A stretch of 64,000 bases of DNA from Bacteroides sp. Its GTDB lineage: Bacteria; Bacteroidota; Bacteroidia; Bacteroidales; Bacteroidaceae. The position numbers were made by a program, and so were the translations under genes. Under the pieces are notes generated by a model. It saw only the letters and a list, made by a program, of their open reading frames with translations. It was not told where the DNA came from and did no database searches. Positions 41,138 through 51,471 of this stretch are shown piece by piece; the first letter of the stretch is position 1; every line of letters begins with the position of its first letter. The stretch is taken from positions 27,386 to 91,385 of the forward strand of contig JASLIW010000053.1 in NCBI GenBank assembly GCA_030152865.1, given 5' to 3'.

Positions 41138-41716
41138 TTAGTAGTTTTCTTTCTTAACTTCAAAGTAAGATTGTGGGTGAAGACATGCTGGACAAACTTT
41201 TGGAGCAGTCTTACCTACATGAATGTAACCACAGTTACGACATTGCCATACCACTTCTCCTTCTTTAGCAAAAACCGCAGTGTTTTCAATGTTGCTAATG
41301 AATGCACGATAGCGATCTTCGTGAGCTTTTTCTGCTACACAAATCATACGATACATCTTCGCAATTTCTGGAAAACCTTCTTCTTCCGCTACATCAGCAA
41401 AGTGAGGATAATCATGTGCCCACTCTTGGTGCTCACCCATAGCTGCAGCATTTAAGTTTTCTAAAGTCGTACCAATCACACCTGCAGGATAAGATGCTGT
41501 AATTTCTACATCACCACCTTCTAAGAATTTGAACATTCTTTTAGCATGCTCTTTTTCTTGTTCAGCAGTCTCTAAAAAGATATCAGCAATCTGTTCGTAC
41601 CCTTCTTTTTTTGCAGTCTTAGCAAAATAAGTATAACGCATACGTGCTTGTGATTCTCCAGCAAATGAAGTCAAAAGATTCTTTTCTGTTTGAGTTCCTT
41701 TTACACTTTTAGCCAT
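41138..41716 (-). CDS. rbr: Rubrerythrin
   Basis: FAGESQA, EKEHA and EKAHE di-iron motifs; C-terminal CRNCG...CPAC. Confidence 0.95.
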   Translation of the reverse strand: MAKSVKGTQTEKNLLTSFAGESQARMRYTYFAKTAKKEGYEQIADIFLETAEQEKEHAKRMFKFLEGGDVEITASYPAGVIGTTLENLNAAAMGEHQEWAHDYPHFADVAEEEGFPEIAKMYRMICVAEKAHEDRYRAFISNIENTAVFAKEGEVVWQCRNCGYIHVGKTAPKVCPACLHPQSYFEVKKENY

Positions 41717-41909
41717 AATTTGATTTTTTTAGTTGGTTTGATTTATAATTAAAACTGAATGATTTTATTACTATCAAATATAAATAAAATATCTCTTGAC
41801 TCCAACCTTGAAGTCATTTTGTTTTCAAGCCAATTGAAGTGTATTCTCTGTATTTTTATGTATTTTTGTGAAAACATCAAAATACAACATAAAACAACCA
41901 AATAAAAAC

Positions 41910-43610
41910 ATGTTTAAATTCAGACCACAGTTAATTGATTCACTTCGTAACTACTCGAAAGAAACCTTTGCCTCCGATGTTATGGCAGGTATTATTGTCG
42001 GGATTGTTGCTCTGCCACTAGCCATTGCTTTTGGAATCGCTAGTGGTGTATCACCCGAACAGGGCATACTTACAGCTATAATAGCTGGACTCATCATCTC
42101 TTTACTGGGAGGAACTAATGTACAAATCGGAGGGCCAACCGGCGCTTTCATTGTAATCATCTATGGTATTGTTGAGCAGTATCAGATGTCAGGATTAATT
42201 GTAGCTACTCTATTAGCCGGAATAATGCTTGTTGCAATGGGCTTATTCAAGTTAGGGACTATCATCAAATTTGTACCTTATCCCATCATCGTTGGCTTCA
42301 CGAGTGGTATTGCCGTTACTATATTTACGACACAAATGGCTGATGCCTTTGGACTTCAGTTTGGCGACGCTAAAGTTCCTGCCGACTTTGTTGGTAAATG
42401 GATTATGTATTTCAAACATATAAACACAATAGATCCTTGGAACGCACTTATAAGCATAGCTAGTGTTGCTCTAATTGCCATATCACCGAAGTTTTCTAAA
42501 AAAATACCTGGTTCACTAATCGCAATTATCGTCATGACTATCTTAGGATACCTCATGAAAGAATATATGCATATCGCTTCAATAACGACTATCGGCGATA
42601 AGTTTGATATTTCTAATAAAATCCCCCCACTTACAGTCCCTCACATCACTTGGGATATGGTACAAGATTTGTTTCCAGTAGCTGGGGTAATTGCAGTGCT
42701 CGGTGCCATAGAGTCATTACTCTCAGCTGCAGTTGCTGATGGTGTAACAGGCGACAAACATGACTCTAACACAGAGCTAATAGCACAAGGAGTAGCAAAC
42801 ATCGTTACCCCTCTTTTTGGAGGAATACCAGCAACAGGAGCTATTGCTAGAACCATGACTAATATAAATAATGGTGGAAAAACACCTATAGCTGGAATTA
42901 TTCATGCCATCGTACTCTTGCTTATCTTTGTCTTTCTAATGCCTCTAGCCAAGTATATCCCGATGGCTTGTCTAGCTGGAGTACTTATTGTTGTTTCGTA
43001 TAATATGAGTGGCTGGAGAACTTTCCGTGCACTTCTAAAAAACCCAAGAGCAGATGTAGTAGTATTGCTCACCACATTCTTTTTAACTGTAATTTTCGAT
43101 TTAGTTGTTGCTATTCAATTTGGTCTACTGCTCTCTGCTTTACTGTTTATGAAGCGTGTTGCAGAAACCACCACTATTTCTGTCAACAAAGAAAACATCG
43201 ATTTAACAAAAGATCTAGGACCAGCATTTAAGGAAGAAACCATAACAATTCCAGATGGCGTAGAAGTCTATGAAATTGATGGGCCCTTTTTCTTTGGTAT
43301 AGCCAATAGATTTGAAGAGCTTATGATTACACTGAAGGATAGACCACAGGTACGTATTTTCCGTATGCGTAAAGTACCCTTCATAGATTCAACAGGTATT
43401 CAAAACCTTACTACTCTTTGTCAGACCTCTCACAAACAACATATTACTGTAGTCTTGTCAGGAGTAAACAAAGAAGTATATCATACCCTAGAGGTTGCAG
43501 GATTCAATGAATTCTTAGGAAAGGAAAACATTTGTCCTCACATCTATGATGCTTTAAAACGCTCCAAAGAAGTTTTAGCAGATAAAGAAAAAGTCACTGC
43601 ACAATCATAA
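41910..43610 (+). CDS. SulP family anion transporter with STAS domain
   Basis: ALPLAIAF, QIGGPTGA, ESLLSA, GAIART, GPFFF and IDSTG motifs. The GTG at 41868 overlaps the promoter box TATTTTTG (41861-41868), so the ATG at 41910 is preferred. Confidence 0.93.
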   Translation: MFKFRPQLIDSLRNYSKETFASDVMAGIIVGIVALPLAIAFGIASGVSPEQGILTAIIAGLIISLLGGTNVQIGGPTGAFIVIIYGIVEQYQMSGLIVATLLAGIMLVAMGLFKLGTIIKFVPYPIIVGFTSGIAVTIFTTQMADAFGLQFGDAKVPADFVGKWIMYFKHINTIDPWNALISIASVALIAISPKFSKKIPGSLIAIIVMTILGYLMKEYMHIASITTIGDKFDISNKIPPLTVPHITWDMVQDLFPVAGVIAVLGAIESLLSAAVADGVTGDKHDSNTELIAQGVANIVTPLFGGIPATGAIARTMTNINNGGKTPIAGIIHAIVLLLIFVFLMPLAKYIPMACLAGVLIVVSYNMSGWRTFRALLKNPRADVVVLLTTFFLTVIFDLVVAIQFGLLLSALLFMKRVAETTTISVNKENIDLTKDLGPAFKEETITIPDGVEVYEIDGPFFFGIANRFEELMITLKDRPQVRIFRMRKVPFIDSTGIQNLTTLCQTSHKQHITVVLSGVNKEVYHTLEVAGFNEFLGKENICPHIYDALKRSKEVLADKEKVTAQS

Positions 43611-43623
43611 AGTCAGTGAAGAA

Positions 43624-43668
43624 AAACACAAAAGGCGGGTACTATAATAGTACCCGCCTTTTGTGTTT
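43624..43668. terminator. Bidirectional terminator between the SulP and HIT genes
   Basis: AAACACAAAAGGCGGGTACTAT-A-ATAGTACCCGCCTTTTGTGTTT. Confidence 0.85.
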
Positions 43669-43681
43669 CATTGTGCTTAGC

Positions 43682-44080
43682 TTAGCCCTTATAGGCCTCA
43701 CGGATTTGAGATGCTACTTTACTAAATTCCTCATCATCGAGTTTGAGCTTAGGATTACTCATATTCATATCACCTTCATTGGTAATAGGTATGAGATGTA
43801 TATGCGCATGAGGCACTTCGAGCCCCATAACAGCCATTCCTATACGCTTACAAGGTATCACCTGTTCAATAGCAATAGCAACATGTTTTGCAAATATATG
43901 CATGGCTGCTAATTCTTCATCACTAAGATCAAAAATATAGTCTACCTCTTTTTTAGGTATAACTAATGTATGCCCAGTAGATAGAGGATGAATGTCTAAA
44001 AAGGCATAGAATTGATCATTTTCAGCAATTTTGTAACTTGGTATTTCACCTTGTATGATTTTCGTAAAAAGCGTCGCCAT
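43682..44080 (-). CDS. HIT family protein
   Basis: AFLDI.P...GHTLVIPK and HAHIH motifs. Confidence 0.95.
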   Translation of the reverse strand: MATLFTKIIQGEIPSYKIAENDQFYAFLDIHPLSTGHTLVIPKKEVDYIFDLSDEELAAMHIFAKHVAIAIEQVIPCKRIGMAVMGLEVPHAHIHLIPITNEGDMNMSNPKLKLDDEEFSKVASQIREAYKG

Positions 44081-44101
44081 AATTAAAACAATATTATAAT
44101 A

Positions 44102-44569
44102 TTACTCTATAGATATATTGATTACTTCAAAGGTAACAGTTCCTTGAGGCACCTTGATATCTACTACATCTCCTACTTTCTTACCCAATAAACCCTTAGC
44201 TATTGGTGTATTCACAGATATCTTAGCTTGACGAAGGTCTGCTTCACTCTCTGAAACAATGGTATACTTCATTTTTTGACCATTCTTCAAATTCTTAAGC
44301 TCTACCGTATTCAGGATTTGCACGGAATCTGTACTTATTTTTGACTCATCAATAATACGAGCATTTGCTAAAACCATCTTTAAATTATTGATTTTCATCT
44401 CAAGCATACCTTGAGCCTCTTTTGCTGCATCATACTCAGCATTTTCAGATAAATCACCTTTATCTCTGGCCTCAGCTATTTGGCGGGAAATAGCTGGACG
44501 TTGCACCGATTCAAGTTCTCTAATCTCCTCAACTAATTGGTTATAACCACTTTCTGACATATAAGCCAT
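44102..44569 (-). CDS. greA: Transcription elongation factor GreA
   Basis: GDLSENAEY and IS..TPIAKGLLG motifs. Confidence 0.97.
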   Translation of the reverse strand: MAYMSESGYNQLVEEIRELESVQRPAISRQIAEARDKGDLSENAEYDAAKEAQGMLEMKINNLKMVLANARIIDESKISTDSVQILNTVELKNLKNGQKMKYTIVSESEADLRQAKISVNTPIAKGLLGKKVGDVVDIKVPQGTVTFEVINISIE

Positions 44570-44576
44570 ATTATAT

Positions 44577-44584
44577 CCTCCTTT
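44577..44584 (-). promoter_or_regulatory. Strong Shine-Dalgarno sequence of greA
   Basis: AAAGGAGG 7 nt upstream of the ATG. Confidence 0.72.
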
Positions 44585-44605
44585 AAATTTCTATTTTTTT
44601 TGAAT

Positions 44606-44639
44606 AAAGAAAAAAGAATTCCAACAATTGTTGGAACCC
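44606..44639 (-). terminator. Intrinsic terminator in the greA leader
   Basis: Minus strand GGGTTCCAAC-AATT-GTTGGAATTC-TTTTTTCTTT. Confidence 0.75.
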
Positions 44640-44690
44640 TTAATCACTTCATATTTTATATAAATATATAAATTTTATTCGTATCTGCGA

Positions 44691-44722
44691 CAAATATAAG
44701 TCTTTATATCTTTTATTTCAAC
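44691..44722 (-). promoter_or_regulatory. Probable greA promoter
   Basis: GTTG (44722-44719), 20-nt spacer, then TATATTTG (44698-44691). Confidence 0.65.
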
Positions 44723-44745
44723 TTAACACAAGTACAATTAAAAGC

Positions 44746-45903
44746 CTAAAGCAAAGATTTAATACTCTTCTCGAGATTATCAATATTACTATCTCTCGCT
44801 ACTAACTCACTACTCCTATTGATCAAGAAGAATGAAGGTAATTGCTCTACATTGTAAGCAGAGGCATACTTAGAGTATATACCGTATACATCTCTTACGC
44901 TAACCCAAGGTAAGTTGTCAGAAGCTGTTTTCCAATAATGTTCGTCTGCATCTAAAGATACTTGATATATCTCAAAACCTTGAGCAGCATACTTATCATA
45001 GAGCTTTCGTAAATTAAAGATATGAGTGGAGGATACCGGACTTTGGAAAATAAGGAAATCCAATAAAACAACTTTACCCTTCAAATCACTTAATTTACAT
45101 AACTTCCCTTCAAGATCTCTTAGCTCTATATCAATAATACCAGCTACTTCTATTTGGTCTTCAGGAATCTCCAACTGTTTCACTTTAGGTCTACGCGTAT
45201 TCTTCATCCCTTTAATAGTTATATTATAGAGATTTTTTGTTCGATTAGCATGTGGATACTTTTCATTTAGACTTGTAGCCACTGCTTGAAAGCATTTTAG
45301 ATCTTCTCTGTTATTGTATGGATCTAGTATTAAATACCCATTCACTTTCAGAAACAAAGCATAATAAGCCGCAGCTGAGTATGGAGCCTTAAAAATATAT
45401 TCTGTCTTTAAACTTTTTTTATAGTTCTCAAAACGCTCATTCATCGCACTATAGTAAGCCTTGTTTGACAATTTACCTTTATTGTGATCGGCCGTTAAAC
45501 CAGCCAATGCCCCTAACAACTGTCTATGAAGTAAGGTTATCTCCTTAATTTGCTCTACATTTTCAGAACCCTCAACCTTATAGTTTGTATCAAACTGTAG
45601 GTAGTCTGTTTCTATCTGAACAGTTTCTATGGAGTCAATAGATAAGTTGATAATTTTATCTTCTAACCTTAAGCAAAAAAACTCTGGCGACTCAGGACGT
45701 ACGCCTTCAAACTTAAACTGCCCGTTTTCACTCAGCTTCATTGAATCTAGAGTTACTAATCCTTCTAAGCGAGCTGCATCAAAATAAAGCACTTTATCTT
45801 TGGCTCCAGCAACGGTTCCCTCAACAGTGAATTTCTCTTTTGGTGAGCAAGCAGCTACTAGTATGATTAAAATACCAGTAAATAATGTCGTTATTCTTTT
45901 CAT
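44746..45903 (-). CDS. Lipoprotein with DUF4369-like N-terminal domain and TlpA/AhpC-TSA thioredoxin-like domain lacking CxxC
   Basis: Lipobox VAAC; LSDLKGKVVLLDF, GFEIYQVSLD, LPWVSV and YNVEQLP motifs. Confidence 0.8.
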   Translation of the reverse strand: MKRITTLFTGILIILVAACSPKEKFTVEGTVAGAKDKVLYFDAARLEGLVTLDSMKLSENGQFKFEGVRPESPEFFCLRLEDKIINLSIDSIETVQIETDYLQFDTNYKVEGSENVEQIKEITLLHRQLLGALAGLTADHNKGKLSNKAYYSAMNERFENYKKSLKTEYIFKAPYSAAAYYALFLKVNGYLILDPYNNREDLKCFQAVATSLNEKYPHANRTKNLYNITIKGMKNTRRPKVKQLEIPEDQIEVAGIIDIELRDLEGKLCKLSDLKGKVVLLDFLIFQSPVSSTHIFNLRKLYDKYAAQGFEIYQVSLDADEHYWKTASDNLPWVSVRDVYGIYSKYASAYNVEQLPSFFLINRSSELVARDSNIDNLEKSIKSLL

Positions 45904-46097
45904 AATATGTGTGTATAATCCTTAGTGCAAAGATACTTTTTATCCATTCTTCTCTCAATTATTCTGCTTTTACTTCGGTAAAATGAGCGTTTAACGTGTC
46001 AAAAATACATTTTTTTAACTCATTAACACCACTTTACAAGGATTAATTATATATCTTTGCATGAATTTAGAAGAAAGAAATAGATAAAACAATTTTT

Positions 46098-48242
46098 ATG
46101 ATTAACCCAATTGTTAAGACTATCGAGTTAGGTGATGGAAGACAAATCACCCTCGAAACGGGAAAGGTGGCAAAACAGGCAGATGGTGCTGTAATGCTAC
46201 GAATGGGTAATACCATGCTCTTAGCTACTGTTTGTGCTGCTAAAGATGCAGTTCCCGGTACTGATTTTATGCCACTTCAGGTAGAATATAAAGAAAAATT
46301 TTCTGCTTTTGGACGCTTTCCTGGTGGCTTTACAAGAAGAGAAGGAAGAGCCTCTGATTCTGAGATTCTCGTATGCCGTTTAGTTGACCGTGCCCTTCGC
46401 CCATTATTTCCAGACGATTATCACGCAGACGTTTTTGTATCAATAACATTATATTCAGCGGATGGTGAAGACATGCCAGACGCACTTGCAGGTCTTGCTG
46501 CATCAGCTGCACTAGCAGTTTCTGACATTCCATTTCATGGTCCTATCTCAGAAGTTCGTGTAGGACGTATTGATGGTCAATTTGTAATCAACCCAACCTA
46601 CCAACAACTAGAAAAAGCAGACATGGATATCATGGTTGCTGCTACCTACGAAAACATCATGATGGTAGAAGGCGAAATGGATGAAGTCTCAGAAGCCGAA
46701 CTACTAGAAGCTATGAAAGTAGCACATGAGGCAATAAAAGTTCACTGTAAAGCTCAAATGGAGCTAGCAGAAGCTGTTGGCTCTACAGTAAAACGTGAAT
46801 ACTGTCACGAAGAAAATGACGAAGAGCTTAGCAAAGCAGTACATGAAGCTTGTTATGACAAAGCTTATGCAGTAGCAGCCTCTGGCAATACAAACAAACA
46901 CGAAAGATCAGAAGCTTTTGAAGCTATTCGAGAAGAATTCAAAGCACAATTTAGTGAAGAAGAACTTGAGGAAAAAGAAGCTTTAATCAACAAATACTAC
47001 CACGACGTAGAAAAAGAAGCTATGCGCCGTTGCATCCTTGATGAGGGCAAGCGCCTAGACGGACGTGAAACCACCAAGGTTCGTCCTATCTGGAGTGAAG
47101 TAGGATGCTTACCTGGCCCTCATGGCTCAGCTATCTTTACAAGAGGCGAGACACAAGCTCTTTGTACCGTTACCCTAGGAACAAAGTCGGATGAAAAAAT
47201 AATTGATGATGTTCTTTGCAACGGTAGAGAACGCTTCTTACTACACTACAACTTCCCTCCATTCTCAACAGGTGAAGCTAGACCACAAAGAGGAGTTAGC
47301 CGCCGTGAAATAGGACATGGTAACTTAGCTCATAGAGCCCTTAAAAAGATGCTACCTGCTGACTATCCCTATGTAATCCGCTTAATGTCTGATATTCTAG
47401 AATCAAACGGTTCATCTTCTATGGCTACCGTTTGTGGAGGAACATTAGCACTTATGGACGCAGGTGTACAAATTAAAAAGCCTGTATCGGGTATTGCAAT
47501 GGGTCTAATCAAGAACTCTGGAGAAGACAAGTATGCTGTACTATCTGATATCTTAGGGGATGAAGATCACCTCGGTGATATGGACTTTAAGGTTACAGGT
47601 ACAAAAGATGGTATTACTGCCACTCAGATGGATATAAAAGTAGATGGACTATCTTTTGAAATTCTAGAGAATGCACTAAATCAAGCTAAAGAAGGTCGCT
47701 TACATATCCTTGGCAAAATGCTTGAGACTATGGATGCTCCAAGAGAAGACCTCAAACCTCATGCGCCACGCATAGAAAAGATGATTATACCTAAAGAATT
47801 CATTGGTGCTGTTATTGGACCAGGTGGTAAGATCATTCAAAACATGCAGGAAGAAACAGGAGCAACAATTACCATTGAAGAGAATGCTGACGGTGAAGGA
47901 TCTATCGAGATATCTGCTACTAATAAGCAAAGTATCGATGACGCGGTAGCTATGATCAAGGGTATTGTAGCCATTCCTGAAGTAGGAGAAGTGTACAGAG
48001 GAAAGATTCGTTCTATCATGCCATATGGTGCTTTTGTTGAGTTCCTTCCTGGTAAAGACGGACTTCTTCACATCTCTGAAATAGAATGGAGAAGACTCGA
48101 GAAAGTGGAAGATGCAGGTATTCATGAAAACGACGATATTGATGTGAAGTTAATTGATATCGATAGAAAATCAGGCAAGTTTAAACTTTCACACAAAGTA
48201 TTACTTCCACGCCCAGACAGAAATAATGATAAAGAAAACTAA
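46098..48242 (+). CDS. pnp: Polyribonucleotide nucleotidyltransferase
   Basis: [16 protein letters not shown] and GDMDFKV motifs; KH and S1 domains; promoter box TATCTTTG at 46052-46059. Confidence 0.98.
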   Translation: MINPIVKTIELGDGRQITLETGKVAKQADGAVMLRMGNTMLLATVCAAKDAVPGTDFMPLQVEYKEKFSAFGRFPGGFTRREGRASDSEILVCRLVDRALRPLFPDDYHADVFVSITLYSADGEDMPDALAGLAASAALAVSDIPFHGPISEVRVGRIDGQFVINPTYQQLEKADMDIMVAATYENIMMVEGEMDEVSEAELLEAMKVAHEAIKVHCKAQMELAEAVGSTVKREYCHEENDEELSKAVHEACYDKAYAVAASGNTNKHERSEAFEAIREEFKAQFSEEELEEKEALINKYYHDVEKEAMRRCILDEGKRLDGRETTKVRPIWSEVGCLPGPHGSAIFTRGETQALCTVTLGTKSDEKIIDDVLCNGRERFLLHYNFPPFSTGEARPQRGVSRREIGHGNLAHRALKKMLPADYPYVIRLMSDILESNGSSSMATVCGGTLALMDAGVQIKKPVSGIAMGLIKNSGEDKYAVLSDILGDEDHLGDMDFKVTGTKDGITATQMDIKVDGLSFEILENALNQAKEGRLHILGKMLETMDAPREDLKPHAPRIEKMIIPKEFIGAVIGPGGKIIQNMQEETGATITIEENADGEGSIEISATNKQSIDDAVAMIKGIVAIPEVGEVYRGKIRSIMPYGAFVEFLPGKDGLLHISEIEWRRLEKVEDAGIHENDDIDVKLIDIDRKSGKFKLSHKVLLPRPDRNNDKEN

Positions 48243-48268
48243 TCTTTGATATAAGGTTAGAAAACATA

Positions 48269-48300
48269 AAAAGCCAGAGCTCAAGCTCTGGCTTTTCTTT
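48269..48300. terminator. Bidirectional terminator between pnp and buk
   Basis: AAAAGCCAGAGCT-CA-AGCTCTGGCTTTT. Confidence 0.85.
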
Positions 48301-48329
48301 TATAGCACAAATCCATGCGCCACAACTTA

Positions 48330-49391
48330 TTATTTATACTCAATTACAGGCAGTGTTCCCTTAAGAGCCCCATAAGCATTCATTGCTAAAGCTTCCATCT
48401 CATCCTCACCTGGATAAACAAAGACAGGAGCTAAAAACTGAATACGCTCCTGCAAACCTTCAACAACATAGGTGGAGTGAGCTATTCCACCCGTCAAGAT
48501 AATCGCATCAAAATCACCTTTAAACACCGTAGATAAGGCTCCTATCTGTTTGGCTGCATTGTAAATCATAGCGTCCAAGACAAGTTTAGCCTTCTGGTCT
48601 CCTCGCTTTATCCTATCAATAATCTCTTCTACATCGGTTGTACCAAGATGAGCCGCTAAACCCGCCTGACCTGAAATACGCTTTTTAAGATCCTCTCGAG
48701 AATATTGTCCACTAAAACAGAGATCAACCAACTGTCCAGCTGGTAAAGTTCCTGCACGTTCTGGAGAAAATGGGCCTTCACCATCCAGCACATTATTCAC
48801 ATCCACCACACGCCCCTTTTGATGGGCTCCAACAGATATGCCTCCACCCAGATGACAAACAATAAGATTCAAATCCTCATAACGCTTATCATGCTCGGCA
48901 GCATGTCTACGAGCAATCGCTTTTTGGTTTAAAGCATGAAAGATAGAAATTCGTGGCAACAAAGGAGAGCCCGATATTCTAGCAATATCAGCCAATTCAT
49001 CTACCACACCTGGATCTGCTATAAAGGCCTTACACGCTGGGATACTACCAGCCAGCTCAGCCGCTATAAGACAACCTAGATTACAAGCATGATCACGCTT
49101 AGCATGCAGAGTATCCTGTCGCATCACTTCATTAATAATATAGACACCTCCACTAATAGGCTTTACTAAGCCCCCCCTGCCAATTACAGCATCAAACTCA
49201 AAAGAAATTTGATGCTTCCTAAGTTCCTCAAGTATTAATTCTTTTCTAAATCGAAACTGATCGGTCACTCGTGGAAATTCTGACAAATCGGATACATCGT
49301 GACTTATTTTCTTGATTAAGATAGGGGTAGTATCTTCAAAAACGGCCATCTTGGTCGATGTAGATCCTGGATTAACGACTAATATTTTCAT
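48330..49391 (-). CDS. buk: Butyrate kinase
   Basis: NPGSTSTK, GRGG, HALNQKA, HLGGGIS, FSPERAG and PGEDE motifs. Confidence 0.96.
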   Translation of the reverse strand: MKILVVNPGSTSTKMAVFEDTTPILIKKISHDVSDLSEFPRVTDQFRFRKELILEELRKHQISFEFDAVIGRGGLVKPISGGVYIINEVMRQDTLHAKRDHACNLGCLIAAELAGSIPACKAFIADPGVVDELADIARISGSPLLPRISIFHALNQKAIARRHAAEHDKRYEDLNLIVCHLGGGISVGAHQKGRVVDVNNVLDGEGPFSPERAGTLPAGQLVDLCFSGQYSREDLKKRISGQAGLAAHLGTTDVEEIIDRIKRGDQKAKLVLDAMIYNAAKQIGALSTVFKGDFDAIILTGGIAHSTYVVEGLQERIQFLAPVFVYPGEDEMEALAMNAYGALKGTLPVIEYK

Positions 49392-49399
49392 TGTTTATT

Positions 49400-50311
49400 T
49401 TATCTCTCTGCTATTAAACAAGCCATTGCTATACTATTGAACTTTGACATTCCAGAATCGGCTCTTGAAGTAACCACTACAGGACAAGATGGTCCTAATA
49501 ATACTCCTGCCATCTCGGCTTGTCCAAATAATACCAATGTTTTATAAAACACATTACCAGCATCAATGTTTGAAAACATCAAGCCATCTGCTTCTCCACC
49601 CAGCGGTGAATCTATCCCTTTAATTAGAGCCATTTCTTGATTACAAGCGGTACTTATATCTAGGGGACCATCTAATACAACACGACCCAAGGCACCTTTT
49701 TTACTCGCCTTTACAAGCTCCACATAATCAGTGCTATTTGTAAACTTCTCATTGACCTTCTCTGTGAAATGTATCAAGCCAATCTTAGGCTCCTGTATTC
49801 CAAACTGTTGGCAAGCGTATACCATAGACTTTAGCATTTTCTTACGCTGTTCCATAGTAGGATAAGGAATTACAGCTGCATCCATAAAGAAAAGAAGCTT
49901 GGGATAAAGAGGTATTTCTGCTACCGAAAGATGAGTTAGGACTTCTCCCTGAGGTAGAATCCCAGTCTGCTTATTTAAAACGGCTCGTAGAAGGTTATCC
50001 GTATTAATATTCCCCTTCATAAGTACATCAGCCTCTCCCTTTTGAATTAGCTCTACTGCTATTTGGGCAGCCTCATCAACATCAGAAACATCTATAAAGC
50101 TTACAGCCTCAGGGAACTTTTTAAAAACGGGAAAGGTCTCTACCTTATCTTTGGGTCCAATCATTATAGCACAAATAAAGCCAGCTTCAATGGCTTTTGA
50201 CAGTGCAAACTCAGAATGTGAATCAGTACCATAGACGACAGCAACTCTTTTTACCTCAGCTTGGTTTTTTAGATGCTTTATCATATGGTCAAAGCTTCGA
50301 ACAAGTGTCAT
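49400..50311 (-). CDS. ptb: Phosphate butyryltransferase / phosphate acyltransferase
   Basis: LMKG, DGPL, AGNVFYK and TSRAD motifs; directly upstream of buk. Confidence 0.9.
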   Translation of the reverse strand: MTLVRSFDHMIKHLKNQAEVKRVAVVYGTDSHSEFALSKAIEAGFICAIMIGPKDKVETFPVFKKFPEAVSFIDVSDVDEAAQIAVELIQKGEADVLMKGNINTDNLLRAVLNKQTGILPQGEVLTHLSVAEIPLYPKLLFFMDAAVIPYPTMEQRKKMLKSMVYACQQFGIQEPKIGLIHFTEKVNEKFTNSTDYVELVKASKKGALGRVVLDGPLDISTACNQEMALIKGIDSPLGGEADGLMFSNIDAGNVFYKTLVLFGQAEMAGVLLGPSCPVVVTSRADSGMSKFNSIAMACLIAER

Positions 50312-50495
50312 ATTATTATTGTGTTTTCAACAAATATCGAAAAAAAGCTTGAGATTGAAGCCTTTAAATCAAAAAATTACAAACAGAGATCTGGTTCTAC
50401 AACCAATTCTCTATGATTTTAAAACACGAATAGGCGCAAGGATAATAAAAAAATGTATGTTTGTAAGACGTAAAGTATAACAACAAAGATACAGT

Positions 50496-51404
50496 ATGAG
50501 TAGTCTTATTTTCCCAACATCACTACAACAAGGAGATCAAGTCTTAATAATCTCTCCTGCTGGCAAAATAGACAGAAGACTCCTTGGTGGACTTAAAAAT
50601 CGGCTACAAGAATGGGGGCTCAAACCTATAGTAGCCAAGCACGCAAGAGCCAAATCTGAATCTTTTGCGGGTACAATAAAACAGCGCCTAGCTGACTTGC
50701 AGTATGGCTTAGACAATACAAAAATAAAAGCTATCTTTTGTAGTCGAGGAGGTTATGGCACAATACAGTTAACTGAGCAGCTAGACTTAACAGGCTTTAA
50801 AAACCACCCGAAATGGATTGTTGGATACAGCGACATCACCGTACTACACTCACTTCTACAAGCTAAAGGCTATGCCTCTATTCATGCTCCAATGGCCAGA
50901 CACTTCACCTTAGCACCCAAAGAAGACTTGGCACTAGCTCTGCTAAAAAAAACCTTAATGCGTGAGCCTATACATTATACATTTAAAGCCCACAAATACA
51001 ATCATAAAGAGAGTTCTAAGGGTATTCTGAGAGGAGGAAACCTCACTGTCTTACAAGGATTGAAGGGAACAGCCTATGACTTCAATCCTACAAATACTAT
51101 TTTATATCTAGAAGATGTCAATGAATCACCCAATACTATTCAGCGCATGTTTTACAACTTAAAGCTCAGTGGAGTACTTGAACAACTTTCTGGATTAATC
51201 CTTGGGCAATTTACAGACACACTTGAAAACAAAAATATCAGTGATGAAGTTTATAAAAAGATACAACCTCTACTCAAATCCTATACTTACCCAATCTGTT
51301 ACAACTTCCCCATCGGCCACCTTAGCCAAAACTATCCACTTATAAATGGAGCCGAAGCCCATTTGATCACCAACAAACATACGAGCGAGCTTAAATTTGG
51401 ATAA
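50496..51404 (+). CDS. LD-carboxypeptidase (S66)
   Basis: RGGYG, GYSDIT, GGNL, LEDV and IGH (Ser-Glu-His triad). Confidence 0.92.
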   Translation: MSSLIFPTSLQQGDQVLIISPAGKIDRRLLGGLKNRLQEWGLKPIVAKHARAKSESFAGTIKQRLADLQYGLDNTKIKAIFCSRGGYGTIQLTEQLDLTGFKNHPKWIVGYSDITVLHSLLQAKGYASIHAPMARHFTLAPKEDLALALLKKTLMREPIHYTFKAHKYNHKESSKGILRGGNLTVLQGLKGTAYDFNPTNTILYLEDVNESPNTIQRMFYNLKLSGVLEQLSGLILGQFTDTLENKNISDEVYKKIQPLLKSYTYPICYNFPIGHLSQNYPLINGAEAHLITNKHTSELKFG

Positions 51405-51471
51405 ATCAAGAGCTCCCATTACTCTTTCTGCTTGAAATTAAGTAAATTTGGACAATTCAACTTTTACAACT

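Noticed and set aside
41738..41782. AT-rich TTATAAT-containing tract upstream of rubrerythrin as a PerR/Fur box
   Set aside because: Only a half-site matches, which is not distinguishable from background in AT-rich DNA.
48330..50311. ptb-buk as evidence of a novel butyrate pathway
   Set aside because: This pair is common in Bacteroides, and no upstream butyryl-CoA pathway genes are present in the window.
50385..50412. Imperfect hairpin in the ptb / LD-carboxypeptidase divergent region
   Set aside because: It is a weak interrupted stem with no U tract and no recognisable riboswitch features.
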